Shown here piece by piece: positions 35,692 through 46,906 of a DNA stretch of 52,064 nucleotides (position 1 is the stretch's first letter; the number at the start of each line of letters is the position of its first letter). The notes below the pieces were generated by a model. That model was not told the DNA's origin. It saw only the letters and a program-made list of their open reading frames with translations, and did no database searches. The position numbers were made by a program, and so were the translations under genes. Origin of the DNA: Octopus bimaculoides (lineage: Eukaryota). The stretch covers positions 143,619,958-143,672,021 of the forward strand of contig NC_068983.1 in NCBI RefSeq assembly GCF_001194135.2, given 5' to 3'.

Positions 35692-36718
35692 CTGCAAAAA
35701 GGAGAAAAAGAGATGAAAAATATTATTTTTAAGCTTCTCTCAGCCAATATTTATATATTTCAAATGTGGTGAATTGGCTGATCTAAGACAAAGAGCACAA
35801 CTTTTACAATATTCATCACTACTCATGTTCTGATTCCACCCCACCCACACATTGTCAACTAATTTTCATTCCAACTGATTTGGCATAAATACTGGGGTTG
35901 ATTCACTCAACTACATCCCAGTCCTACAAGGAAATTTGTGCTCCAATTCTAATGTGAAAATTTATTTATCAGTTCTCCATTGCAAACAGAATTTCCCTAT
36001 CATAGCTATTTATAGTTTAGTGGATTGGAACCAGCAATGGGTAAGTATAATGGTCATCTACAACTGGGCATGCTACAAACTTTGCTGACCAAAACTCTTG
36101 GAATCTTGGCATTAAAGAGAACTCTAGTTTAAAACAAGAAAATAGGTTGGAAGGCAGGAAAAATAGGAGCAATGACGACTAAATGGTCAAGGTGCAAGAC
36201 TACTGATAATGATGTTATGAGTTCAAACTCTTAATCATTGATGGTATTTTATCCTCATGTACTGTGTTACAATCTCTCTTATGATTCCATTCAAAACAGA
36301 TATGTGTAACTTTAATAATTTGGCAATCATAATACTAATTATGTTAAGAAATACTAATGTATTCATGTCAGAATGTTGAAACCAGCATAAATGTATTGTT
36401 AATCACATAACCACACCTGTGCCCAGATTGAATACATGAAAAGGAAACTCTAATGATTACCAGAAAATTACAATGAAGGTTACAATTCTCTTTGTTTCAA
36501 CTTTCTGATATGAATACTTCAATAAGTGTAAAACAATTCTTATTCTCATATTAAATTAAATATTTTATTATCCAGAAGCAAGAAAACAGTCACGACAAAG
36601 TACAACTATGACTATTTTTACCTTTAATAAGCTTAGTAGAAGTAAACATTCCTACCAAATCAGAATGTTATGCTCTAACCACAAACAATATTTGCTGCAA
36701 GATTAAAAATGTTTATGC

Positions 36719-37050
36719 ATATACAACAGATTAGATCAACTGTTATGACCTGAAATTTTGCCTTTTTCTAATATTTTCAAAGATGCCTACTTCTAAATTA
36801 GATAAAATGGAATTCAATGTTTGTAAAGTATCTAAGCTTAAATTAAAGGGCATAATATCACTTAATATAATCATGGGTGTTTATATATACAACAGATTAG
36901 ATCAACTGTTATGAGCTGAAATTTTGCCTTTTTCTAATATTTTCAAAGGTGCCTACATCTAAATTAGATAAAATCGAATCCAATGTTTGTAAAGTATCTA
37001 AGCTAAAATTAAAGAGCATAATATCATTTAATATAATCATGGGTGTTTAT
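36719..37050. repeat. Tandem duplication, 2 x 166 bp, in the last RFC1 intron
   Basis: 36719-36884 and 36885-37050, about 8 substitutions. Confidence 0.97.
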
Positions 37051-37314
37051 CTGTGTCCAAACTGCACAGATACTCCCTTTCCAGAGGATATGCAACAAAT
37101 GAGTATTTGGCTCATTGGAAACCTGTAACCAATGACACTATTATTCCCAAAATACAAAAATAATTAAGTATCCAAAAACAAAGCTCATAACAAAACTAAT
37201 ACATTTAAATATTTACACTCAACAGATTACATCATAAGTTCTAAGGTCAAAGAAATAATTATAATGTGATAGCAAGCAAAAGAGTTGAACTCTTTTTGAT
37301 ACTAACCCTTCTGA

Positions 37315-37378
37315 GATTGACCCTAATTCTATGCAATATTCTTCCTGATTGACCCTAATTCTATGCAATATTCTTCCT
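37315..37378. repeat. Perfect tandem duplication, 2 x 32 bp
   Basis: gattgaccctaattctatgcaatattcttcct twice. Confidence 0.98.
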
Positions 37379-37778
37379 ATCTAAATTAACCCTTTAGCAT
37401 TTAGATTACTCAATCAAATGTAATACTTATTTATTCTTATTGTTTTGAATTAATTATGCTTCATCTCAGAGCTTTGAGATTTCAATGATGTGATTTGTTA
37501 TTTTTAGAATGACATAATAGGGTAGGTGGGAGGAGCCAAATCTGGCCAGTTTGAAAATAAAGCAGGTAGAATATTTAGACTGGATATAGCTGCTTTACAT
37601 GCTAAAGGATTAAAGCCTTCCTTCAAAATGTCATGGTTAATTTTTTTTCCAAAGACCAGCTTAATAATGACAAAGTTACTTTACTAAATTCTTCATTAAT
37701 TTCAAAATGTATTTGAAACAAATGCAGTGTATTCCAACAGAAAAGATTAAAACAACACCAAGAACAAAAGTGGATTAC

Positions 37779-37976
37779 CTTAATCATAGTATCTTTAGTA
37801 ACATCACTGTCAGAATCATCATCTTCTCTGTCAGATGTTTGGTCTACTGTGTTTTCATCACCGAATACATCATCACCTGCTGATACACCTTTGGTACGCT
37901 TCTTTGTCACTGTTCCAGTAGCATATGGGATCAGATGCGATTCTTTGTTATAACTCCGTGTGAATGCCGCCTTGGT
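37779..37976 (-). CDS. RFC1: RFC1 coding exon (KAAFTRxYNK motif and acidic tract)
   Basis: ctAG|...aag|GTaatc; 198 nt; TKAAFTRSYNKESHLIPY...DREDDDSDSDVTKDTMIK. Confidence 0.96.
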
Positions 37977-38085
37977 CTAGTATGGTAAAAAGACAACATA
38001 TTTTATTTACATACATCGTCACAGAGTATAAAAATATCAGTATGAATTTGTGCATATATACATATACATAACAGATAAGCATACA

Positions 38086-38089
<4 letters not shown>

Positions 38090-38141
<52 letters not shown>

Positions 38142-38196
38142 TAGATAGATACAACCCTCTCTCTCTCTATACACACACACACACACATATATATAT
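38090..38196. repeat. Compound (TA)n(GA)n(GATA)n(CT)n(CA)n microsatellite
   Basis: Direct reading of the sequence. Confidence 0.9.
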
Positions 38197-38388
38197 CAGG
38201 GTGTTGCTGGCTTAATGGGTATTGTGAAAGGCCTGGTTGGAGGCCCGACTTTCCAAGTTCTTTTACAGGGCTTAGAAAAAAACTGTAATAAGTGTGTGAA
38301 TCTGAGAGGAGAATATGTTGGATAAAATAACTGATCTTCCTGTATTTTCTTTTACCCAAAGCCAGGAACTTTTCAGCACCTCAATGTA
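38194..38388 (+). mobile_element. Internally deleted mariner-type DNA transposon remnant
   Basis: FLQGLEKNCNKCVNLRGEYVG* resembles the mariner C-terminus; right TIR-like aaagccaggaacttttcagcacc with partial left counterpart; TA at both ends. Confidence 0.6.
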
Positions 38389-39124
38389 TGCATATATATT
38401 ATATGTATACACACATATTCATATGTATACATGCACACAGACACTTACACATTGTTTGTACATCCGATGAATATATTATAGAGGCATTGTTTTATAATCA
38501 AAGGCTCTTCCTGTTGCTAACCACCACCTCCTTTTTAAGTAATGGATCTATCAAGGTATCAAGCCAGTGGATGATCTGCTGACAGAGTAAATGACAGTAA
38601 TGCCACCACTTGTAACTGAACAATTTTCAGAGAAGCACAAATGTAAGCAAACACACAAACATACATGCATACACATACGACAAGCATCTTTGTTTTGTCT
38701 TCCAAATTCACTCATAAGGCAACTGTAGAAGACACATGTCCAAGGCGCCCTGTAGTGAGACTGAACATAAAAGCATATGGTTGGAAAATAAACTTTGCAA
38801 CCACATAGCCATACATGTGTGTCTACACATACATTTTTATAAAAATATGATTTCAAAATGTTTTTGTTTATGCAATTCTGTGAGATGCCTTGGGATAAAC
38901 TTCTGCACAAAGCTTTACTAAAACCAAGTCTGTTATAAAGATTTTATTAGACAGCACCAGATCATAGACTCAGTGTTGTCATCAATACATGCCATGATCA
39001 AGACATTTGTTTGTTTTTGACACAGGACAACTGAGCAACAATTACTGAATTTTTCAGTCCATTCATAAACAGTCTGTAGCAATATTTTCATTGCCAGAGA
39101 TAAAATTTCTTCAGAGACTTGCTA

Positions 39125-39497
39125 TCTTTTATTTTTTATCTTTTACTTGTTTCAGTCAGTTGACTGTGACCATGCTGGGGCATCACTTTGAACAATTTTA
39201 GCCAAACAAATCAACCCCAGTGCTTATTTTTGTTAAGCTTAGTACTTATTCTGTTAGTCGCTTTTGTCAAACTGCTAAATTACAGGAAAGTAAATGGCCC
39301 ACCACTGGTTGTCAAGTGGTGGTCAGAAGACACACACACACATGATGGGATTCTTTCACTTTCTGTCCACCAAATCCACTCACAAGGCTTTGGTTGGCCC
39401 AAGGCAATAGTAGAAGACATTTGCCCATGCAGTGGGACTGAACACAGAACCATGTTTGTTGGGAAGTAAACTTCTTACTACACAGCCACGCCTGCAC
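39125..39497 (-). mobile_element. tRNA-SINE, near full length (family of 6965-7352)
   Basis: Reverse complement of head, core and tail. Confidence 0.8.
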
Positions 39498-39507
39498 CTG
39501 TTAAAAA

Positions 39508-39693
39508 CATGGCCTCGTGCAGGTGGCACGTAAAAGCACCCACTACACTCTCAGAGTGGTTGGCGTTAGGAAAGGCATCCAGCTGTAGAAACTCTGCCAA
39601 GTCAGATTGGAGCCTGGTGTAGCCATCCGGTTTCACCAGTCCTCAGTCAAATCGTCCAACCCATGCTAGCATGGAAAGCGGACGTTAAACGAT
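39508..39693 (+). mobile_element. Young RTE-tailed SINE (family A), plus orientation
   Basis: Reverse complement matches the 46722-46888 copy at about 162 of 167 positions. Confidence 0.9.
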
Positions 39694-41105
39694 ATATCTG
39701 TGCAAGACAAACATTGCCACTACAATGACTAACTGACAAGAATAACGGGAAGCCTTCAATAGATTATGGCTCCTGGTATACCTTCAGCCCACAGAAAAAT
39801 AATCACTGAATACTGATTTACTTTGGAACAAAAAGGGAGTGAAAGAGCTTTGGTTAAAGTGATAATAATAATGACATAAATGACATTTTAGGTTTGAACC
39901 TACACTCTAGTAGCTGAACCATGTCGAGTGATATGCATTTTCATCATCATCATTTAAAGTCCTCTTTTCTGTGCTTGCATGGGTCAGATGGAATTTGTTG
40001 AGGCAGATTTTCTATAGCTGGATGCCCTTCCTGTTGCCAACTCTCACCTGTTTCCAGGCAAGGTAATATTTCCCATGGCCAGGCAGGTTTTATGTAGAAG
40101 ACTGGAAATGAACAACCTTGCTTGCATGACTAAAGCCTTGTGAGTGGATTTGGTAGGCAGAAACTGAAAGAATCCCATTGTGTATGTGTGTCTTCTGACC
40201 ACCACTTGACAACTAGTGGTGGGCTGTTTACTTGTTGACAACTATCCCATGATGTCAAGACCAGGGGACACACAAGCATACATACACACACACAAAAGAC
40301 ACAATGGGCTTCTTCTAGTTTCTATCAACCAAATCCACTCACAAAGTTTTGATTAGCTTGGATCTGGAGTAGAAGACACTTGCCCAAGGTGCCTCAAAGT
40401 GGCAGTGAACCCAAAACTAAATGGTTAAAAAAGCAAGCTTCTTATCCACACATCTATGCCAGTGCCTGTGCATACAACAAATTTTCTCATCAACACAAAT
40501 ATAAATTAAATATTTCAGATATTTAATTATCTCCCTGCCAATATATTCACAAACAAATGCATACTTCCATAAACCAAAGATGTAGACTTAGAATTTTAAA
40601 TTAAGCCTTTCTATGCTTGATAGCTAACTTTGTTAGCAAGACTAAGTCCATCAAAATCTCATATTACTCAATATAAACATTATCAAAAGTTAACCACCTT
40701 CTCTTGCTCTGTATCTTTCTTTCTCTCATATAAAAAGATGTTCTCTCTTTTACATTATTTACTTCATTTTAGCATTTACTGAACACACACACACACACAC
40801 AAACTAATGTTTATAATCACATATGAACTGACACCCCACCCACTATTATCACCACTACCAACAACAAGGAAAAGCCACCTAGTGAGCTTCTGCAAAACCA
40901 CACAACCAGCAAGAAACAGCAGTCAAGTCATTCCCAACCAACTTAAAGATACATATTAGCTAAACAGGTCAGAAGCACACTTTGCCACAAAAAATGGAAA
41001 ATGGTCATGGCTAGTGTGTCCTTGATCTTAGGTCAGCTCCATTAAGCTTGTGCAAATGTTTAACAACAATAATAACAATAATAATGATAAGGCAAGAATA
41101 CTTAC

Positions 41106-41319
41106 AGCAGTAGTGAGGCTTTTGGTGTAATCCTTAGAATTAGGCCACTTGTTAATGTCCATTATATTGTCATAGTCTTCCCTAAGTAAATCATATTTGT
41201 CCATCAATGCAATGACTTCAGGTACACCCTCCTTTTGTTGCTCTTGTAGAGGTTTCACAAGGTGTTGCTGAAGACATGGTAGATAATCCAGGTTGAGACC
41301 TCTTAGGTCTGCTGAAATA
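41106..41319 (-). CDS. RFC1: RFC1 coding exon
   Basis: ttcAG|...gct|GTaagt; 214 nt; (N)ISADLRGLNLDYLPCLQQHLVKPL...VIALMDKYDLLREDYDNIMDINKW...SLTTA. Confidence 0.95.
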
Positions 41320-41535
41320 CTGAATGGAAGAAAAGGTAAAATATTAGGTGAATTATGCAGGCTGTGAGACAGAGACTCTTTTATTCATTTTTCCATGCTT
41401 GCATGTTTAGATGTATATATCATCAAGGCATTGTTTTACAGCCAGATACCTTTCCTGCCATAATCTCTTATTTCACATAACTTTGATGGCATGAAATGAA
41501 TAAATGATTTGCTGACAGAAGTGACAATGACACAA

Positions 41536-41623
41536 TTGTGTATTTGTATACATTTGCACTTTACATAAGTCATGAACTACAGCTCATGACTTACGTAAAG
41601 TGCAAATGTATACAAATACACAA
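41536..41623. repeat. 88-nt hairpin: 40-bp arms, 8-nt loop
   Basis: 41536-41575 and 41584-41623 are reverse complements with one difference. Confidence 0.98.
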
Positions 41624-41651
41624 ACTTATAAACATACATACACACATATAT

Positions 41652-41875
41652 TTTACTTATTTCAGTCATTGGACTGAGGTCACACTGGGAAAACCAACAT
41701 TGGTTGTTAAGTGGTGTTGGGAAACAAGCACAATCACACACACACACACACACACACAAGCTTCTTTCAGTTTCCATCTACCAAATTCACTCACAATGTG
41801 CTGGTTGACCCAGGGCTATAGAAGAAAATACTTGGTCAAGGTGCCATACAGCAAGACTCAATCTGGAACCATATG
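41652..41875 (-). mobile_element. tRNA-SINE fragment
   Basis: ctttcagtttccatctaccaaattcactcacaa...agaagaaaatacttggtcaaggtgccatacag core. Confidence 0.7.
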
Positions 41876-42198
41876 ATCAAGAGTAATATAATAGAAGGCA
41901 TAGCAACATGTGTGAAAGAGTGTCACTGGCAGTAAAGTGATGAAGAGCACCCTATATTTAACCAAACGCCAGTCCAGGGTCACATAAAATCAAGGAAAAG
42001 CTTCCTTAAATGTTTTATTCCCCTTGAGGCCAACTAAGATGGACTATGTAGGACAAAAGAAACATTGACTTCAATATGTTCTTTATAAACATCAACTAAG
42101 CAATATTCTTACGAGTCTGGAAAAGTTCTTGGTAGTGTTTCTGCTACATTAAATATATTTTTTTAAATTTAGATATTATTGAATATTCTTTTACTCAC

Positions 42199-42344
42199 TT
42201 TAGTTTCATATGACCTCCAAGTTCCTGTAAGATACGTTGATTTTTGTTCTGAGATGAGAATTTCCCAAGCCAACTTGGGAAAGACACCATATAGTTAACA
42301 CTGCCTCTCATATATTCACCGGGCAAAACACTAGCGTATACAGC
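42199..42344 (-). CDS. RFC1: RFC1 coding exon
   Basis: tgcAG|...aa|GTgagt; 146 nt; AVYASVLPGEYMRGSVNYMVSFPSWLGKFSSQNKNQRILQELGGHMKL. Confidence 0.96.
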
Positions 42345-43310
42345 CTGCAAGTAAAAATATATAAACTTATACATACACACACATATATATAGGCATATAA
42401 CACAGACAAAAATAAACAATTGCAGAAATTCAAACATCACATTAATGCTACATCACTGGGGTCAATATAATCAACTGTAACCTTCCCTAGCTCAGTTCCT
42501 TTCTCAAAGGTCATTCTGCAGCATATTTTTTTAATGTTTTATGGTTACATTAGTTGGTTTTAGATAACACTACTTTAGAAACTGAATATTTATGATGGAT
42601 AAATCTACAAATCAAAGATACTATATGTACCAGTCTCAAGATCTGCAAGAGACCAACGTTATACCACTCATTAAATTTGTCTCGTTTCAGCTGGCATATT
42701 GTAGCTTAAGTTAGCCCTGACTGAGCAAATCTTATGGCACATAGGTTGTTGGTTCAATGAATAGATATAATCCACAGATCCAGTGCCAGATACACCAGGC
42801 CTTTGCTTCACTGAGAACCATACTGTGTGCTCACATTCTAAGTGAGGAATGGCAAAGTGATTAACAATAATAGTGAGAAGACAGACATTGTGAAGTGCTG
42901 AAAAATATGTTAGGATAACATTAATGGTGGTTGTGGTGATTTTACTAATGAATGAACAGGAGTAGAGGAAATATCTGTAGTGTTAAAGGAAGAAGAGATG
43001 ATGGTGGTGGCGTAAAAAGGAAACAGTGTTAGGATGGAGAAACAGTAGTGGGAGAAATAGTAGCAGGAGAGGAGATTGAGTTGGTGTTAATGTAGCTAAT
43101 AGTAGTATTGTTAGAGGAGCATGGTGGTAGGGAAGGTGAACAAAATACTAACATAATGAAAAAAAAGTGAGAGAAAGAGTAGAATTAAATGCTACAAACC
43201 AGAATTATTTATTCCAAAAGAAGTAGTAAGTAATAAGAGGGAATATCATAATAAGTAATAATAATAAGTAATATTATAATAAGTAATAAGAGGGAATATC
43301 CTGTACTTAC

Positions 43311-43428
43311 CTCTACCGGAAGTAGAGTCCAGCTCTGTCTTTGGCCTATGAGCTTTTCAACAATATCTCCATCACAGATACTGTTGGCTGCATGTGCTAA
43401 CAGAGACAAATGTTTCGCTGTGTTTCCT
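43311..43428 (-). CDS. RFC1: RFC1 coding exon
   Basis: tatAG|...gag|GTaagt; 118 nt, phase 2 fits; GNTAKHLSLLAHAANSICDGDIVEKLIGQRQSWTLLPVE. Confidence 0.95.
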
Positions 43429-43689
43429 CTATAACAACAAAAATAAAAGAAATCTGTAAGCATTTTTATGCTTTGATGTATCAAGAGTCAGCCCACTTAA
43501 AACACAGTTTCATATACATTTTATTGTTAATAAATATTCAAGAAAAATGTTATATGTCTAAAGGTTCAGTGGTATGATACTTAAAAAGGATATACACTGA
43601 TAGTTTAAAATACATGCCATCATTATATGCAATTCACTATTATTAAAAGAAATGATAATATTGATTATAAGTACAATTATTAAGTTGAG

Positions 43690-44170
43690 GTCAACCTGTC
43701 TTTACTTGGTTGATTGGGGTTAATGTAATCAACTAACACCCACCCACTAAAATTTCTGGTCTTCTGCCTAAAATTTGAAACCATTATTATCATTCTTCTT
43801 TTTATTATAATTATTATTCTTACACTCTGAGTTGAAATTCCACCAATGTCAATTTTGCCTTTCATCCTATTGGGGTCGATGAAATAAGTACCAGTTGAGT
43901 ACTGGGTCAATGTAATCAACTATCCCCATCTTCCAAAATTTCAGGCCTTGTGCCTACAGTAGAAAGGATAATTAGAGTGTTGAACAAAATGTCTTGTTGC
44001 ATTTGTTCCAGATTTTTATGTTCTGAGTTCAAATCCTGCTGATGCCAACTTTGCCTTTCATCCTTACTGGGCCAATGGAATCAAGTATCTTTCAAATACT
44101 GGGGTCAATTTAATGAAACTGGCTCTCTACAGCCAAACTTGTATTCTTGTACTTATGTTTGAAATTATTA
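43690..44170 (+). mobile_element. Three stacked partial family-D SINEs, each ending in an (att)n tract
   Basis: ggggtcaatgtaatcaact-like core repeated at about 43712, 43903 and 44101. Confidence 0.7.
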
Positions 44171-44418
44171 TTATTATAAGTAGTAGTAGTAGTAGTAGTA
44201 AGCTGGACGAATCATTAGCATGCTGAACAAAATGGATGGTCTCCACTAAGCCATCACTAAATGCCATTCTGTTAAGTCACTCAAGCTTTCTGAATACATT
44301 TATACTAACCTACTACTCTAATTGGATTTTGAGTTTGACTATCAAATTTTTTTCTATACAGTTCAGTTTAATCTCTTTATTAAAAAGATAATAAATAAAT
44401 TATTTCACATGATCTTAC

Positions 44419-44567
44419 CTTCCTGCAAATGGCTCAACAGATGCATAGTTTTCTTGCACAAATAAAGGTGCTAGTTGATAATTATGGAAAAATAAATCTG
44501 ACTTGTCTATAAAGGACATTTTCTTTTCACCACCAGCAAAGACTTGCCGACACACATCAAAAGGATT
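44419..44567 (-). CDS. RFC1: RFC1 coding exon
   Basis: tctAG|...aag|GTaaga; 149 nt; NPFDVCRQVF...DKSDLFFHNYQLAPLFVQENYASVEPFAG(R). Confidence 0.95.
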
Positions 44568-44669
44568 CTAGAAAAAAGATAATTTTCAGAAACATCTAAA
44601 ATATTCAGAGAACAAGCCAACAAGGGTGCCTCTACATGGTTGCTTGACCTGCTTGAAATAGCAGCCACA

Positions 44670-45332
44670 TCTTCAAAAGGAAATCAACATTGGATAATGT
44701 AGACCTACTGACATTATGTTTGGGAAAATAAAATAGGATGTTCACAAATGAAACATTTATGCTTATACTTGACCAGGAATGACAAAGGTTAAAAACAACT
44801 CACTGAAGTAAAATACTGTTGCTATCCTTCACAGATATTTGACTCTTTGGGGAGGTTGGGGGTAGGGGACAAGATGATTTTTTACTGACTTAGATCAAAA
44901 TATATACTTTTTTAACTAAGAACATACAACTTCTCTCTGAAAGAGGCACTGATAAATTTAGTATTTTCTAACATGAACAGATTAAATATATCAATAACAA
45001 AATGGTCAAATATTATATAACAATAGTTCAATACAATATAAATGGTGGTGGTGGCTAAAGTGGTAGAGCATAAATTCTCAATGGTCCAGTTCATTTACTA
45101 TGGAGAAATATAAAATTCTCTATTGTACACAGTTACAGTCACTCTTTAATACATGAATATTTCATTACCATGTAAAGCTAAGTTCAAATTCAACCGGATG
45201 TTAAGAGCTGTTTAAAATCACTGAAAGAGTATATTCTTCAAAAGGAAATCAACATTGGATAATGTAGACCTACCAACATTATGTTTGGGAAAATAAAATA
45301 GGATGTTCACATATGAAACATTTATGCTTATA
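44670..45332. repeat. Dispersed 98-bp direct repeat (44670-44767 and 45235-45332)
   Basis: 3 substitutions between copies, offset 565 bp. Confidence 0.95.
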
Positions 45333-45419
45333 GGCTTACTTAACCTCATGACAAAATTTTCACTTGCACCCAATGACTTACAGGACATTAAATAAATTGT
45401 TATAAATGAAACACAAATC

Positions 45420-45970
45420 ATAATCATCATCATGTAATGTCCATGCTCCATGCTGGCATGGGTTGGATGGTTTGACAGGATCCAATGAGTCTAAGGACTG
45501 CATTGTGCTCCAATGGCTTGGTTTCTAGAGCTGGATGCCCTTCATAATACTAACCACTTTACAGCATGTACTGGGGACTTTTCCATGCCACCAGCACTTT
45601 TGAGATTGCCATGCAGCTCACAGGAGTACAAACCCTGGGTTAGGTGTGTGTGCATGTGTGTGTGTGCATGTGTGGTGGGGACAGTTTCATGTTAGGTGGT
45701 AAGGAGGTGAGACTATGAGGTGGAGGATGGGGGAGAGTAGGTTCTTGTAGAGGATCAGTATGGGCACATCTAGTAGAGGAAGAGGAGAGAGAAAAAGAGA
45801 AAATGATCAGTATGAGGTTTAAGAGATAGATAATAGCACAAGGTGTCCAGGCAGCCCCTCAAGGCACAAGGTGAGTAGTAGTGGGTGGGTAACTGAGCGA
45901 TTTGCAAGAGTGTATGGGAAGGAGAGGAAGACTGCCAAAATGGGTAGGTTGAAGGGTGGATGATCAAAGA
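45420..45970 (-). mobile_element. Old long RTE-tailed non-autonomous element
   Basis: (cat)n tail, ccatgctggcatgggttggatgg core, purine-rich body on +. Confidence 0.6.
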
Positions 45971-46049
45971 GCCATGAACTTTTTACACAGTTCAATAATC
46001 TATATTTACAATAAAAAAAATAAAAGAAACTACAAAAAGTCATACTTAC

Positions 46050-46148
46050 AAGTTTTATATCCTTCTTAGCCATTTCTGCATTGCTTTTGGCATCTTCATA
46101 TGATATATTTTTATTAGATGAACTCCACATGAACAAATTGTGGATGAC
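46050..46148 (-). CDS. RFC1: RFC1 coding exon
   Basis: aacAG|...ctt|GTaagt; 99 nt; VIHNLFMWSSSNKNISYEDAKSNAEMAKKDIKL. Confidence 0.94.
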
Positions 46149-46268
46149 CTGTTCAAAATAAATTCAATAGTAGAAGTAATCAGAACAAAATAAAAAATAA
46201 ATATAAGGGGGGAATGAATCAAAAGAAAGAAAAACAATTTTAAAACACAAATAAAGCTTTTAACTTAC

Positions 46269-46364
46269 CTGTCGAATATCATGATTAGAAGCTGAAATTA
46301 TCTCGTTTAAAGCACCTGGGTTAATGTGCAGGCCTTCTTTGTATGCAATAGTCATCATGGCAGA
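46269..46364 (-). CDS. RFC1: RFC1 coding exon
   Basis: aatAG|...cag|GTaagt; 96 nt; SAMMTIAYKEGLHINPGALNEIISASNHDIRQ. Confidence 0.95.
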
Positions 46365-46710
46365 CTATTAAATTGAAAAAAATTATTATTATTATTATTA
46401 TTATTATTACACACACACACACACCTTAAAGTGGTGCATACTTAACCCTTTAGCATCCATTTTACTTAATGGGTATAGTTTTCAACTAATAATAACCATG
46501 TTTCAAATAACCCTTATTAGCTACAGTACTACTTAATGGGTGTTAGATATGTCAATGTATTTATTTAAAAAGGATGTACTCATTAACACCAATATTAAAA
46601 AGGAAATAGGATTTTCTACTGATTTTGGTAAGTGTTCTGCTACTAAATAATTTTTCCACATACATATATATATATATATACATACATACACACACACATA
46701 TATATATATA

Positions 46711-46906
46711 TCATCATCATCATCGTTTAACGTCCGCTTTCCATGCTAGCATGGGTTGGACGATTTGACTGAGGACTGGTGAAACCGGATGGCAACACCA
46801 GGCTCCAATCTAATTTGGCAGAGTTTCTACAGCTGGATGCCCTTCCTAACGCCAACCACTCAGAGAGTGTAGTGGGTGCTTTTACGTGTCACCCGCATGA
46901 AAACGG
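46711..46906 (-). mobile_element. Young RTE-tailed SINE (family A) running into the gap
   Basis: Near-identical to the 33591 and 51858 copies. Confidence 0.92.

Noticed and set aside
41930-42000. GTGATGA C-box-like motif as a snoRNA start
   Set aside because: On the strand opposite to the host RFC1 transcript, and no D box or terminal stem found.
43227-43300. 21-bp direct repeat taagtaataagagggaatatc next to an RFC1 donor
   Set aside because: Embedded in a degenerate (taa)n tract; simple slippage explains it.
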